The notes: generated by a model not told the origin, from the sequence alone. Positions 20,257 through 30,204 are shown, counted from the first letter of the stretch. The stretch is 64,000 nt of DNA from an uncultured Solirubrobacterales bacterium (GCA_963769035.1 CAVYKD010000001.1:83415-147414), one strand, 5' to 3'. Numbers and translations: made by a program.

Positions 20257-21493
20257 CTACGCCTCGAGCTCGGTGAACAGAGCGAGCCAGTCGCGCAGCA
20301 GCCGCGGCGTGAGGAAGTGCTCGCGGGCGTGCTCCTTGCCGGCGCGCCCGATCCGCTTCGCGAGCTCCGGGTCCTCGAGGATCTCGATCGTCCGCTGCGC
20401 CGCCTCCTCGGGCGAGTCGACGAGGAACCCGGAGACGCCGTCGTCGATCTGCAGCGGGATCCCGCCGACGTTTCCGCCGATCGTCGGGCGCCCCTTCCAC
20501 TGCGCCTCGGTGACCGTCAGGCCGAAGCCCTCGCGGGTCGACTTCTGCATGCAGACATCGGCCTGCGACTGGAACGCGTTGACCTCGATCGCGCCGACGT
20601 TGTTGAGGTTGTTGAGGATCTTGATGTCGGGGTCGCCGTCGGCGTGGCGGAAGGTCCGGTGGAAGAAGTCCCAGCCCTCGGGGTCGTCCGTCGCCATCGA
20701 GCCGACCAGCGCCAGCTGGGCGTCGGGGATCCGCTCGCGAACCATCCGGTAGGAGTCGATCACGCCGATCGGGTCCTTCCAGGGATCGAACCGCGAGACC
20801 TGGCAGATCAGCGGACGCTCGGTGTCGATCCCGAACTGCTCGCAGACGAACGCGGCGTCCTCGGGCGAGAGCGCCATGTTCTTCGGCGAGAGCGGATCGA
20901 TCGCCGGCGGGTAGAGCTTCAGCAGCCCGGCGTCGAGGCCGTCGGGAACGTACTCCTGGCGGTGCCAGACGCTCGCGTCGTAGTCGGTGAGAAGCGGCTG
21001 CAGGCGCCCGAGGGTGACGGGGTTCGGCGTCGAGAGGTCGATGTGGCAGCGCCAGATCCAGCGATTCGCCTTCTCGCGCGCGTTCTGCATCAGCCCGGCC
21101 GGCTGGGGGTCGTGGACGATGATCACGTCCCAATCGCCCTCGAGCCCCTGCGCGTTCATGTGGTTGTAGGCCTGGAAGACCTCCCACTGCTGTTCGCTGA
21201 CCGCCTCGGGATCGCCCTGAAGCGAGTTGTGCATCAGCTTGGTGACGTTGAAGAACTCCTCCTGGCCGAGGATCACGTGCCAGTGGGCGTCGAGGCCGAC
21301 ATCCCGCATCAGCGGGACCATCGTGTAGAGGATCTCCGAGACGCCGCCGCCGAAGGCGGTCGCCGAGACGTGCAGGACGCGCCTGCCGCGCAGCGGCTCG
21401 GCGAGCTCGCTCGATCCGGTCGAGCAGGCCGGGCCCGAGGATGTGGGTGTAGTCGGCGAGCGACTTCTGACCGACGGGGACTTCCTGTAGCAC
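20257..21493 (-). CDS. treT: Trehalose glycosyltransferring synthase TreT (GT4); one frame change near ~21410
   Basis: MLQEVPVGQKSLADYTHILGP (ORF 20042-21493 frame), then HVSATAFGGGVSEILYTMVPL…FFNVTKLMHNSLQG…WRCHIDLSTPN…QVSRFDPWKDP…STREGFGLTVTEAQWKG (ORF 20257-22821 frame). Closely parallels characterised archaeal and Rubrobacter TreT as I recall them. Confidence 0.88.
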
Positions 21494-21608
21494 GGCGGGC
21501 AGGCTAGCTGGCCGAGCCCGCGCGACGCGGCACGAACGCCCACGATCCCACCCGAAGCGCCGGCTCGGCGCCGCGCGCGGCCAAGACCCGACGGTCCCCC
21601 GGGGCGAG

Positions 21609-22811
21609 CTACCCGTCCGGGCGCTGGCCGAGCGTCACTTCGATCTGCTGCTTCTCGCCGTCGCGGATGACGTCGAGCGAGACCTCCTCGCCCGGGTCGA
21701 GTCGGGAGATGATCCGCGGCAGATCGGAGCCGCTCGCGATCGGATCGCCGTCGACGCCGGTGATCACGTCGCCGCCGGCGGGCACGCGGACGCCCTGGAA
21801 CCTGACCTCCTCGCCGCCGCCGCGCAGCCCGGCCTCGTCGGCGGGGCCGCCGGGGACGACGTCGACGAGCAGCGCGCCGGTGTCGGCGTCGAGGTCCGAG
21901 CTCGTCGGCGAGCTGCGGGTAGAGCTCCTGGGTCTCGACTCCGATGTAGGCGTAGTCGACCGTCCCGTCGTCGCGCAGCTGCTCGATCGAGCGCTCGGCG
22001 AGGTCGATCGGGACCGCGAAGCCGACGCCCTCGTTGCCCCCCGAGGAGGTGCTGGATCTGCTGGTTGATCCCGACGACCTCGCCCGGCGGCGTCGAGCAG
22101 CGGGCCGCCCGAGTTGCCGGGGTTGATCGAGGCGTCGGTCTGGATCGCGCCCTCGATCTGGAACTGGGTCAAGCGACCGGAATCGAGCGGTCGAGGCGGA
22201 GACGATGCCGACCGAGAGCGACTGCTCCTGGCCGAAGGGACTGCCGATCGCGGCGACCGGCTCTCCGACCTCGACGTCGTTCTCGGAGCCGAGCGCGATC
22301 GGCTGCAGGTCGAGGCCCTCCGGATCGACCTTGAGCAGGGCGACGTCGGCGAACGGGTCGAAGCCGACGATCTCGGCCTCGACCTGATTTCGGTCGGTGA
22401 ACTGGACGTAGACCTCACGCGCCTGGCGCAGCGGCTTCCCCCACCGCCGCCGGCAGCCTCCGCGTCGGTGACGACGTGCGCGTTGGTGAGGATCTCTCCG
22501 TCCTCGGAGATCACGAAGCCCGACCCCTGTCCGCCTCCCCCGCCGCCGCCGAAGATGCTCGACGAGGCGCTCGGGCCGAAGAACGACTTCACCGTGACCA
22601 CGCCGGGCGCGGCGTCGAGGTAGAGCGCCTGCGAGTCGAAGACGCCCTCGCCCCCGGTAATAGCCACCGGCCTGGCCTCGCCGGAATCGCCGTCCGCACC
22701 CGACTCGACCGTCTCGGTGACCGTCGCCATCCCACCGCCGTCGTCGCCGCAACCACCGAGGAGCAGCGCGAGCGCCGCCACGGCGAGCGCGCTCAGCAGG
22801 CGCGGGCTCAA
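21609..22811 (-). CDS. HtrA/DegP-family (S1C) serine protease with PDZ domain, lipoprotein-type signal; at least 4 frame changes
   Basis: TTG start MSPRLLSALAVAALALLLGGCG. GSGFVISEDGEILTNAHVV (His), DVALLKV (Asp), TDASINPGNSGGPLLD (Ser). PDZ-like C-terminus …GGDVITGVDGDPI…. The pieces lie in ORFs 21609-22811 and 20257-22821. Confidence 0.88.
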   Translation of the reverse strand: MSPRLLSALAVAALALLLGGCGDDGGGMATVTETVESGADGDSGEARPVAITGGEGVFDSQALYLDAAPGVVTVKSFFGPSASSSIFGGGGGGGQGSGFVISEDGEILTNAHVVTDAEAAGGGGGSRCARRVRSTSSSPTEIRSRPRSSASTRSPTSPCSRSIRRASTCSRSRSAPRTTSRSESRSPRSAVPSARSSRSRSASSPPRPLDSGRLTQFQIEGAIQTDASINPGNSGGPLLDAAGRGRRDQPADPAPPRGATRASASRSRSTSPSARSSSCATTGRSTTPTSESRPRSSTRSSPTSSDLDADTGALLVDVVPGGPADEAGLRGGGEEVRFQGVRVPAGGDVITGVDGDPIASGSDLPRIISRLDPGEEVSLDVIRDGEKQQIEVTLGQRPDG

Positions 22812-24226
22812 CGCGACCCACCGACGGGCTCGGCGGGCAGGAGGAGCTCGAACTCGGTGCGCCCGCGGCGCGAGCGCAGCTCGATCGAGCCGCTCATCCG
22901 CTCCGCCAGCTCGCGGGCGATCGCGAGCCCGAGGCCCGATCCCGAGACGTCGTCGCCGGTGAAGAAGCGCTCGAAGACCCGCTCGCGCGAGCGCGGCTCG
23001 ATCCCGGGCCCGTCGTCGATGACGACGAGGCCCGCCGATCCGTTCTCAATTTGAGCCCCTACCGAGATCGCGGTTCCCTCCGGCGTATGCGTGAGCGCGT
23101 TGTCGATCAGGATACGCATGATCTGCGCGACCCTTTCGGGATCGGCGCTGGCGAGGACCCCGGAGCGCTCGCCGACGCTGAGCGAGCCGCCGTGACCCGC
23201 GACCGCCGGCCCGAACTCGGCGGCGACCCGCCGGGCGCATTCGCCGAGATCGACCGGCTCGCGGCGAATCTGCAGCGCGTCGGCGTCGAGCTTCGAGAGA
23301 TCGAGGAGGTCTACGGTGAGCTTGGTCAGCCGCTCGACCTGCTCGCGCATCGTGCGCACGAACTCGGCCCGCGCCTCCGGGTCCGGGTCCTCGTCCTCGA
23401 GCAGCTCGACGAACCCCGCGAGGGAGAAGATCGGCGTGCGCAGCTCGTGAGAGGCGTTGGCGATGAACTCCTTGCGCGCGCTGTCCAGGTTCGCGAGCCG
23501 CTTCTGCATCTCGTTGAAGGTCATCGCGAGCTGGCCGACCTCGTCGTTGGAGTCCACTGGAATCGGCGAGGAGAAGTCCCCGTCGGCGACCTTCTCGGCG
23601 GCCTCCTCGAGGCGGCGGAGCCGGCGGGCGTGCGCCCGGGCGACCAACCACCCGGCGCCGAGCGCCGCGAGCAGGGCGATCATCCCCGCGATCACGATCT
23701 GGCGCCTGATCAGCGCGACGTTCGCGTCGACGTCGCCCAGGTCGGTCGAGAACACGGCGACCCAGCTGGGGGCACCATCGCGTCCGATCAGCGGGATCGC
23801 GGTCTCCCCGACCGGCGCTCCGGAGACCCGCTCGACCGCGCTTGCGCTCCGTGCCCGCGCGGCGACCGCGGTCGCCGCGGCGGGGTAGTCGGGGAGCACG
23901 GCGTTGCGCTCGAACTCCGAATCCCCGACCACGAACGCGGGCTCCGGCCCGGTCGGGCCCTCGCGAACCCCGAGCAGGGTCAGGCGCGATTCGGTGCGGC
24001 TGGCGATCGCGCGGATCAGCTCTCGCAGCTCGCGCTCGTCGTAACCGGCGCGCATCGCCCCCTCGAGGCGGTCGACCTGCTCGCTGCCGACCTGCTCGAG
24101 CTGGCGCAGCTTCTCGGCGGTGAGGCTCGAGCGCAGCTGCGGGACGACGTAGAGGTAGATGAAGCCGACCGCCGCCGCGACGATCACGAAGAAGAGCAGC
24201 GCGAGCCGGTTCCTAACCGAGTTCAT
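22808..24226 (-). CDS. Sensor histidine kinase (two TM segments, HAMP, HisKA, HATPase)
   Basis: Intact. H-box FIANASHELRTPI, N-box DNALTHTP, G-boxes DDGPGI and GSGLGLAIAREL. ATG 24226 (MNSVRNRL…) preferred over GTG 24250. The stop overlaps the htrA start. Confidence 0.9.
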   Translation of the reverse strand: MNSVRNRLALLFFVIVAAAVGFIYLYVVPQLRSSLTAEKLRQLEQVGSEQVDRLEGAMRAGYDERELRELIRAIASRTESRLTLLGVREGPTGPEPAFVVGDSEFERNAVLPDYPAAATAVAARARSASAVERVSGAPVGETAIPLIGRDGAPSWVAVFSTDLGDVDANVALIRRQIVIAGMIALLAALGAGWLVARAHARRLRRLEEAAEKVADGDFSSPIPVDSNDEVGQLAMTFNEMQKRLANLDSARKEFIANASHELRTPIFSLAGFVELLEDEDPDPEARAEFVRTMREQVERLTKLTVDLLDLSKLDADALQIRREPVDLGECARRVAAEFGPAVAGHGGSLSVGERSGVLASADPERVAQIMRILIDNALTHTPEGTAISVGAQIENGSAGLVVIDDGPGIEPRSRERVFERFFTGDDVSGSGLGLAIARELAERMSGSIELRSRRGRTEFELLLPAEPVGGSR

Positions 24227-24944
24227 CTTTGAACCGGTAACCGACCCCACGCACGGTGAACAGGTACTCGGGCCGGCGGGGGTCGCTCTCGAGCTTCTCG
24301 CGCAGGTGGCGGATGTGGACGTCGATCGTGCGCGGGTCGCGGTATGCGGAGTCGCCCCAGACGTGCTCGAGCAGGCTCTCGCGGGTGAAGACCCGACCCG
24401 GCGCGCCGACCAGCGCCGAGAGGATCTCGAACTCGACGTAGGTCAGCTGCGCGGCCTCGCCACGCGCGCTCACCCGGCGGCGCTCGAAATCGATCCGCAG
24501 CTCCCCCGCGACGATCGGCTCGCCGGCGCTGGGGCGGCTGCGAAGCATCTCGGAACGGCGCAGCGCCGCCTTCACCCGGCTGCGGAACTCGCGGACGGAG
24601 AAGGGCTTGGTGATGTAGTCGTCGGCGCCCATCTCGAGACCGAGCACCTTGTCGATCTCGTCGTCCTTGGCGGTCAGCATGATGATCGGGACCTGGCTGC
24701 GACTGCGCAGGCGCCGGCAGACCTCGATCCCGTCGAGCTTCGGAAGCATGATGTCGAGGACGACGAGGTCGAAGCGCTGCTCGGAGAAGCGCGTGAGCGC
24801 CTCGCGGCCGTCGTGGGCGGAGACGACCTCGTAGCCCTCCTTGCGCAGCGGGTAGGTGAGCAGGGTCTGCACCGAGTGCTCGTCGTCGACCAGCAGGATC
24901 CGCGGTGATCCCTCGCCGGCCTGGGGCTCTCGTGCAACTTGCAT
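24213..24944 (-). CDS. OmpR/PhoB-family response regulator
   Basis: Intact. Receiver domain ILLVDDE…DLVVLDIMLP…LTAK. Winged-helix C-terminus LTYVEFEILSAL…IDVHIRHLREKLE…TVRGVGYRF. Confidence 0.92.
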   Translation of the reverse strand: MQVAREPQAGEGSPRILLVDDEHSVQTLLTYPLRKEGYEVVSAHDGREALTRFSEQRFDLVVLDIMLPKLDGIEVCRRLRSRSQVPIIMLTAKDDEIDKVLGLEMGADDYITKPFSVREFRSRVKAALRRSEMLRSRPSAGEPIVAGELRIDFERRRVSARGEAAQLTYVEFEILSALVGAPGRVFTRESLLEHVWGDSAYRDPRTIDVHIRHLREKLESDPRRPEYLFTVRGVGYRFKDELG

Positions 24945-25001
24945 CTGCAGGGAAAGCGTAATCGGGGATGCCGGCTTCGCCGGTCGGCAGTATGCAGGGC
25001 G

Positions 25002-26744
25002 ATGACCACGTCACGGGAGGCCCGGCTCACGAACCCCCGTCTTCTGCGCCTCGCGTACGTGCCCGCGCTGCTGGCGCTGGTCCTGGTGATGTTCTCCCTG
25101 GAAGGGGTCCCGGCGGCGATCGAGCCGGTCACTCCGACGGGCACCTTCGACGGCGAGGCCGCCGCGCGAGCCGCCCGCGAGATCGCACGGCTCGGCGCGC
25201 GCCCGCCCGGCAGCGCGGCCGACGGCGAGGCCGCCGACCTGGTCAGGCGCTCGTTCAACCAGGCGCCCGCCGGCGCCGTCTCCGAGCAGACCTTCGAGGC
25301 CGAGGTAGACGGAGAGGCGACGACGCTGCGAAACGTCCTCGTCACCCTTCCCGGCGACGGCTCCGGGCTTGTCGTGATCGCCGCCGACCGAAGCTCGAAC
25401 GGGCCCGGGGAGGCGACGAGCGCGGCCGCGGGCGGGGTGCTCACGGAGCTTGCCAGGGCGCTCGGAGTCGGCCACAGGAGCACCTACCTGCTCGCCTCGA
25501 CGACCGGCGGGGCGCACGGGCTGGAGGCGTTGCTCGCCGGGCTCTCGGAGCCCGAGCTGGTCGACTCGGTGATCGTCATCGAGCAGCCGGGCGCGGAGGA
25601 GCCGCGCGCTCCCTACGCGGTGACCAGCTCGCTCGACACCGCGAGCGGACCGTTGCAGCTTCGCGAGACCGCCGAGGGCGTGATCGAGACCCAGGCCGGG
25701 ATCGTCTCGCCCGGGCAGTCGGCGTTCGGACAGCTCGCCAGGCTCGCCTTTCCCTCCGGGATCGGCGGCCAGGCCGCGCTGATCAGCGACGGCTACGAGG
25801 CGATCGCGATCAGCTCGCACGGCGAGCGCCGGCTCGGCGACGACCAACCGGCCTCCGCGGAGACGATCGACGCCTTCGGCCGCTCCGCCTTCTCGCTGCT
25901 CGACGCGATCGATCTCGCCGGATCCCTCGAGCCTGGCCGGGACACCTACATCGAGTCCGGCGAGAACCTGATCCCCGGCTGGACCCTCGCCGCCCTCGCG
26001 CTGGCGCTGCTCCTGCCCGGGCTCCTCGCCTCGATCGACGGCTGCGCCCGGGCCTCGCGGCGCGGCGCGCGCCTCGTGGCGGCGCTCCTGTGGGCGGGCG
26101 CCCGATGCCTGCCCTTCGTCGGCGCGCTCGCGGCGCTCTACGGGCTCGCGCTCGGCGGGCTGATCCCGCGACCCGGCTTCCCGTTCGATCCGGCGTCGTT
26201 CGAGCCGGGCGCGCGCTCCTCGATCGCCTTCGGGCTGATCGCGCTCGCGCTCGCGCTCAGCGCCTACCTGCTGCGGCGGCTCGGGGTCACCGGGAGGACG
26301 GCCCCGCCGGGCAGCATCGCGGCCGCCGGCCTGATCATCGCGCTCGCCACGCTCGCTCTCTGGCTCGCGAACCCCTACCTGGCCCTGCTGGCGGCGCCGG
26401 CCGCCAACGTCTGGGTGCTCGCCGACGCCCCGGCGACCCGGCGACGCGCCGCGCTGGTCCTCACGGCGGTGGTGGCCTCGCTGATCCCGCCGGCGGCCGC
26501 GCTCGGCTCGGTCTCTGGCGCCCTGGAGCTCGGCGGGAACGCGCCCTGGATCTTCACCCTGATGCTCGCCGACGGCCAGATCCCGTTCGCCGCAACGCTC
26601 GCGGGGGCGGTGATCGCGGGCGGCCTGATCGGCGCGCTCGCGCTCGCCCTCGGAGGGGGTGGCCGAATGCCGGCCGCCCCGGGCGCCGGCGAACGGGACC
26701 CCGCCGGAGCGTCGGGCGAAGCGGCGATCCCGGCCTCGAGCTGA
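25002..26744 (+). CDS. Membrane protein with N-terminal M28-peptidase-like ectodomain lacking metal ligands, plus a polytopic C-terminal domain
   Basis: Intact. Layout …ARPPGSAADGEAADLVRRSF…LRNVLVTLPGDG..LVVIAADRSSNGPGEATSAAAGGVLTELARAL mirrors M28, but the H-x-D and GAxDNxSG positions read AADRS and GEATSAAAG. About 8 hydrophobic spans follow. Start ATG 25002. Confidence 0.6.
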   Translation: MTTSREARLTNPRLLRLAYVPALLALVLVMFSLEGVPAAIEPVTPTGTFDGEAAARAAREIARLGARPPGSAADGEAADLVRRSFNQAPAGAVSEQTFEAEVDGEATTLRNVLVTLPGDGSGLVVIAADRSSNGPGEATSAAAGGVLTELARALGVGHRSTYLLASTTGGAHGLEALLAGLSEPELVDSVIVIEQPGAEEPRAPYAVTSSLDTASGPLQLRETAEGVIETQAGIVSPGQSAFGQLARLAFPSGIGGQAALISDGYEAIAISSHGERRLGDDQPASAETIDAFGRSAFSLLDAIDLAGSLEPGRDTYIESGENLIPGWTLAALALALLLPGLLASIDGCARASRRGARLVAALLWAGARCLPFVGALAALYGLALGGLIPRPGFPFDPASFEPGARSSIAFGLIALALALSAYLLRRLGVTGRTAPPGSIAAAGLIIALATLALWLANPYLALLAAPAANVWVLADAPATRRRAALVLTAVVASLIPPAAALGSVSGALELGGNAPWIFTLMLADGQIPFAATLAGAVIAGGLIGALALALGGGGRMPAAPGAGERDPAGASGEAAIPASS

Positions 26745-26785
26745 GGGGTCGCCCTCAGGCGCGCCCTCAGGGCGGGCACCCGCCC
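26742..26785 (+). terminator. Cluster of three GC hairpins after the M28-like membrane gene (factor-independent terminator candidate, no U-tract)
   Basis: TGAGGG-GTCG-CCCTCA (26742-26757). CGCCC-TCA-GGGCG (26762-26774). GGGCGGG-CA-CCCGCCC (26770-26785). The last two are mutually exclusive. Confidence 0.4.
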
Positions 26786-26795
26786 GCTCGTACGA

Positions 26796-27140
26796 GTGTC
26801 CGCGCCGACGGAGGGTCGATCACCAGGTGCGCGCGGGCCGACGATAGAGGAGCGCAAGCTCGCGACGGTCACCGGGGGTCAGCGCCGGCGGCGAGTACCC
26901 GACCGGGAGCACCCAGGGAGCATGAAAGGGCTGAGGAGGTTGAAACGGGAGATCGCGCTGAACCGCTACGACGTCGACGCCGACGCGGTCGCCGAGGCGA
27001 TCCTGCGGACGATGCGGCTGATCAGGCGGGGTCGCTCGGCGCTCGGCGAGCGCCGAGCTGGTCAAATCCCGAAGCCGGGCTCAGCGAGCCGTCCTCCCGG
27101 CGAAGCTCGACACCCTCCCCGTCCCCGACCTCCCCGATGA
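26796..27140 (+). CDS. Small ORF with FlgM-like (anti-sigma-28) C-terminal motif; boundaries uncertain
   Basis: LRRLKREIALNRYDVDADAVAEAILRTM resembles the FlgM C-terminal helix pattern. GC3 is high from ATG 26922 to ~27050 and then drops. The 3' end as given overlaps convergent thiL by about 120 nt. Confidence 0.35.
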   Translation: MSAPTEGRSPGARGPTIEERKLATVTGGQRRRRVPDREHPGSMKGLRRLKREIALNRYDVDADAVAEAILRTMRLIRRGRSALGERRAGQIPKPGSASRPPGEARHPPRPRPPR

Positions 27141-28032
27141 CGCTGAGCCGAACCCCCGCGGTGGCGGCAGCCGCCTCGAATCGCTCGGGCGCGATCGCGG
27201 CGAGCAGCTCGTAATCCTCGCCCCCGCCGAGGAGAGGCTCGAGCGGATCGATCCCGGCCGCGGCGGCGAGCTCGGCGAGGCCGTCGGCCCGTGGCACCGA
27301 AGCCGTGTCGACCGCGAGCGAGACGCCCGAGGCGCTCGCCAGGTGCCGCGCGTCGCCGGCGAGGCCGTCGCTGATGTCGATCATCGCGCTCGCTCCGCAG
27401 GCCGCCAGCGCTCGCCCGGCGGCGAGACGCGGCTCGGGCTCCATCTGGCGGGCGCGCATCGCCTCCGCGCGCGCTTCCCCGACCGCTCTCGCGAGCTCGG
27501 GTCGCTCGAGCAGGAGGAGGCCCGCGGCCGCCCCGCCAAGCTCGCCGGTGAGCGCGAGCAGGTCCCCGGGGCGGGCGCCGGAACGGGAGACGAGGTCGCT
27601 CGCGCTCGGGGCTGTACCGACCACGGTGAGCGCGCAGAACAGCACCGGCGAGCGGGTGACGTCCCCGCCCGCGATCGCGACCCCGTGCGCGGCCGCGGTG
27701 GCGGCGAAGCCCTCGGCGAGCTCGAGCGCGCGCGGCTCGTAGGCCTCCGGGAGGCCGAGCTGGATGTACGCCTCGGACGCCTCCGCGCCCATCGCCGCCA
27801 GATCGGAGAGCGCCGCGGCGAGGCCCTTGTGGGCGACCGCGCGCAGCGTGAACGGCGGGATCTGGAAGTGGACCCCCTCGACGACCGCGTCGACGCTGAC
27901 CGCGTCCGCTCCGGGCCGCTCGACGATCGCCGCGTCGTCGCCCGCGCCCAGGGTGAGTCCCCGGGAGCGGTCGGGAACCCCCGCGGCGCGGAGGCGCTCG
28001 CGGATCGCCCCGATCAGCTCGAACTCGCCCAG
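27022..28032 (-). CDS. thiL: Thiamine-monophosphate kinase ThiL; no canonical start codon in frame
   Basis: GEFELIGAIRERL…GAGDDAAIV…VDAVVEGVHF…AVAHKGLAAALSDLAAMGA…GGDVT…DISDGLAGD…LGGGEDYELL. The only SD-backed start is CTG 28030-28032, 6 nt after GAGGAGG (28039-28045). ORF 27022-27792 covers just the part downstream of the first ATG. Confidence 0.85.
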   Translation of the reverse strand: MGEFELIGAIRERLRAAGVPDRSRGLTLGAGDDAAIVERPGADAVSVDAVVEGVHFQIPPFTLRAVAHKGLAAALSDLAAMGAEASEAYIQLGLPEAYEPRALELAEGFAATAAAHGVAIAGGDVTRSPVLFCALTVVGTAPSASDLVSRSGARPGDLLALTGELGGAAAGLLLLERPELARAVGEARAEAMRARQMEPEPRLAAGRALAACGASAMIDISDGLAGDARHLASASGVSLAVDTASVPRADGLAELAAAAGIDPLEPLLGGGEDYELLAAIAPERFEAAAATAGVRLSVIGEVGDGEGVELRREDGSLSPASGFDQLGARRAPSDPA

Positions 28033-28057
28033 GGCTCGCCTCCTCGGACCGATCGGC

Positions 28058-30204
28058 TCAGGGGCTGACGCCGCCGGGGTCGGGGCCGCCCCCGCCGCCG
28101 CCGCCGCCCCCGCCGCCGTTGTTGGTCGGCGGAGCAGGGGCGGGCTCCTGACCGGCGCCCGGCGCGTAGAGGTCCGGGTCGTAGTTGGAATCGCCGCCCG
28201 TGTCGGGGTCGGCCGACTCGTCCGTGGTGGTCTCGTCGGCCGAGTCCGTGCCGCCGGTCGCGTCGGGGTCGCTCGAGTCGTAATCGGGCGAGACCGTCTG
28301 GTCGCAGTAGAAGCCCGAGAGGTCGGCGGGGTCCTGCGGGGTCGGGAAGTCGTCGCAGCTGCTGTCGATCGCCTCGACCATGAAGTCGTGCCAGATCGGC
28401 GCCGAGAGGTCGGCGCCGTAGCCGGGCAGCGGGACGCGCATGTCCGGGTTGCCGGTCCAGACCGCGGTCGAGATCTGCGGCGTGTAGCCGACGAACCAGG
28501 CGTCCGACTGCAGCTCGGTGGTGCCGGTCTTGCCGGCCGCCGGACAGGGGATGTCGCAGCAGGTGGCGGTGCCGTAGTCGAGCGTCCCGTTCATCACGTC
28601 GGCGACCTCGTAGGCGACGCCGTCGCTGATCACGCGCGTCCGTCGGGAGGTCCGGCTCGTCGACCTCGCCGTCGGGGAACTCGACCTTGCGGATCGCGGT
28701 CGGGTCGTGGTGGACGCCCCCGTTGGCGAGCGTCGCGTAGGCGTTCGACATCTCGAGCACCGTGCAGCACTCGGCGGTGCCGCCGAGCGCCTCGGCGTAG
28801 TAGCCCTCGAGCGGCGAGGTGATGCCGATCTCCTTCGCCATCTCGGCGAAGTTGTCCGGCCCGACGTCGATGCCGAGCTGGGCGTAGACGGTGTTGACCG
28901 AGTTCGCGGTCGCGTCGCGCAGGTTCATCGATCCGCTGCCGCCGCCGCTGACGGTCCAGCTCGCCGTAGGCGTCCGGGTTCAGCGTGATCGTGCTCGGCG
29001 CCGGGTAGTAGGTCGAGTCCGGGTCGATCCCCTGGTCGACGGCGGTCGGTCAGCACGAACGGCTTGAACGACGAGCCCGGCTGGCGGTCGCCCTGGGCGG
29101 CGAGGTTGAACTGGCTGGCGTCGTAGGTGTCGGAGGAGGCCATCGCGAGGATCTCGCCGGTCTCGGTGTCGGTCGAGACGAGCGCGTTCGGCCGCGCCGA
29201 CGATCGGGGTGGCGGCGATCGCCTGCGCGGGCCGACCTCCTGAAGGTCGCGGGTCGAGCGTCGTGTAGACCTTGAGCCCGCCCTGGCGGACGGTCTTGAG
29301 GCCGTACTCGTCGATCAGCTCCTGCTGGACGAAGTCGAAGAAGTACTGCTCGCTCGCGGGTCTCGTAGCGGTACCCGCGCTCGAGCCCGAGGCCCGTCGA
29401 CTCCCACTTCGCCGGCCTCCTCGGCGGTGATGTAGCCCTCGCCGGCCATCGCGTTCGAGCACCTGGTTGCGGCGCTCCTTCGCGCCCTTCGGGTTGAGGA
29501 ACGGGTTGTAGTCGGACGGCGCCTGCGGCAGCCCGGCGAGCAGCGCCGCCTCGCCGACGTTCGATCTCGGCGACGGACTTGTTGAAGAAGACCTGCGAGG
29601 CGGCCTCGACGCCGACCGCGGTGCGGCCGTCGGTGGTCCCGTAGGAGGCGGTGTTCAGGTACTGCTCGAGGATCTCGTCCTTGGTGTACGCCGTCCTCGT
29701 ACTCGCGCGCCATCTCCGCCTCGACGATCTTGCGCTCGATCGTGTCCTCGGGGTCCTCGATGTAGAGGTTGCGGACGAGCTGCTGGGTGATCGTCGAGGC
29801 GCCCTGCCTGACCTCGCCGGCCTCGACGTTCTCGACCGCGGCGCGGACGATCGCCGCGTAGTCGACGCCGTCGTGCTCGTAGAAGTTCTCGTCCTCGATC
29901 GCGATCGTCGCCTCGCTGAAGGATGTCGGGCATCTGTCTCGAGCTCGACCGGCTGGCGCAGGACGTCGGACTGCACGTAGCCGAGGCTGGTGCCGTCGGC
30001 GTCGAAGACCTGCGAGTTCGCCCCGCTGTCGGCGGGCTTGAGGGTGTCGATCGAGGGCGCCGACGCGGCGACGTCGAGGACCCAGATCGCGGCGCTGGCG
30101 AGTCCGATCCCGATGATCGAGGCCACGACCGCGAATCCGAGCAGGACCTTCCTGCCGACCGAGCCCTGCGACGACCTCTTGCGTCTGCGTGCTCGAGCGC
30201 TCAT
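28058..30204 (-). CDS. ponA: Class A penicillin-binding protein (GT51 transglycosylase plus transpeptidase); about 10 or more frame changes
   Basis: N-terminal TM segment KVLLGFAVVASIIGIGLASAAIWVL. GT51 motifs IAIEDENFYEHDGVD, GASTITQQLVRN and ILEQYLN. Transpeptidase motifs RQPGSSFKPF, SVNTV and KTGTT. Acidic tail followed by poly-Gly. Fragments in ORFs 29050-30204, 28980-29462, 28925-29143, 28014-28928 and 28058-28633. Confidence 0.88.

Noticed and set aside
15879-22811. Programmed ribosomal frameshifting or genuine pseudogenisation as the explanation for the interrupted genes.
   Set aside because: There are far too many events, no recurring slippery heptamer or downstream structure, both +1 and -1 directions, compensating pairs, and multiple essential genes affected. 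The strict clustering in blocks points to sequence quality instead.
28084-28115. The (GCC)n / poly-Gly tract at the 3' end of the PBP gene as a phase-variation switch.
   Set aside because: A trinucleotide repeat keeps the reading frame when it slips, and it lies in the extreme C-terminal low-complexity tail. No functional switch is implied.
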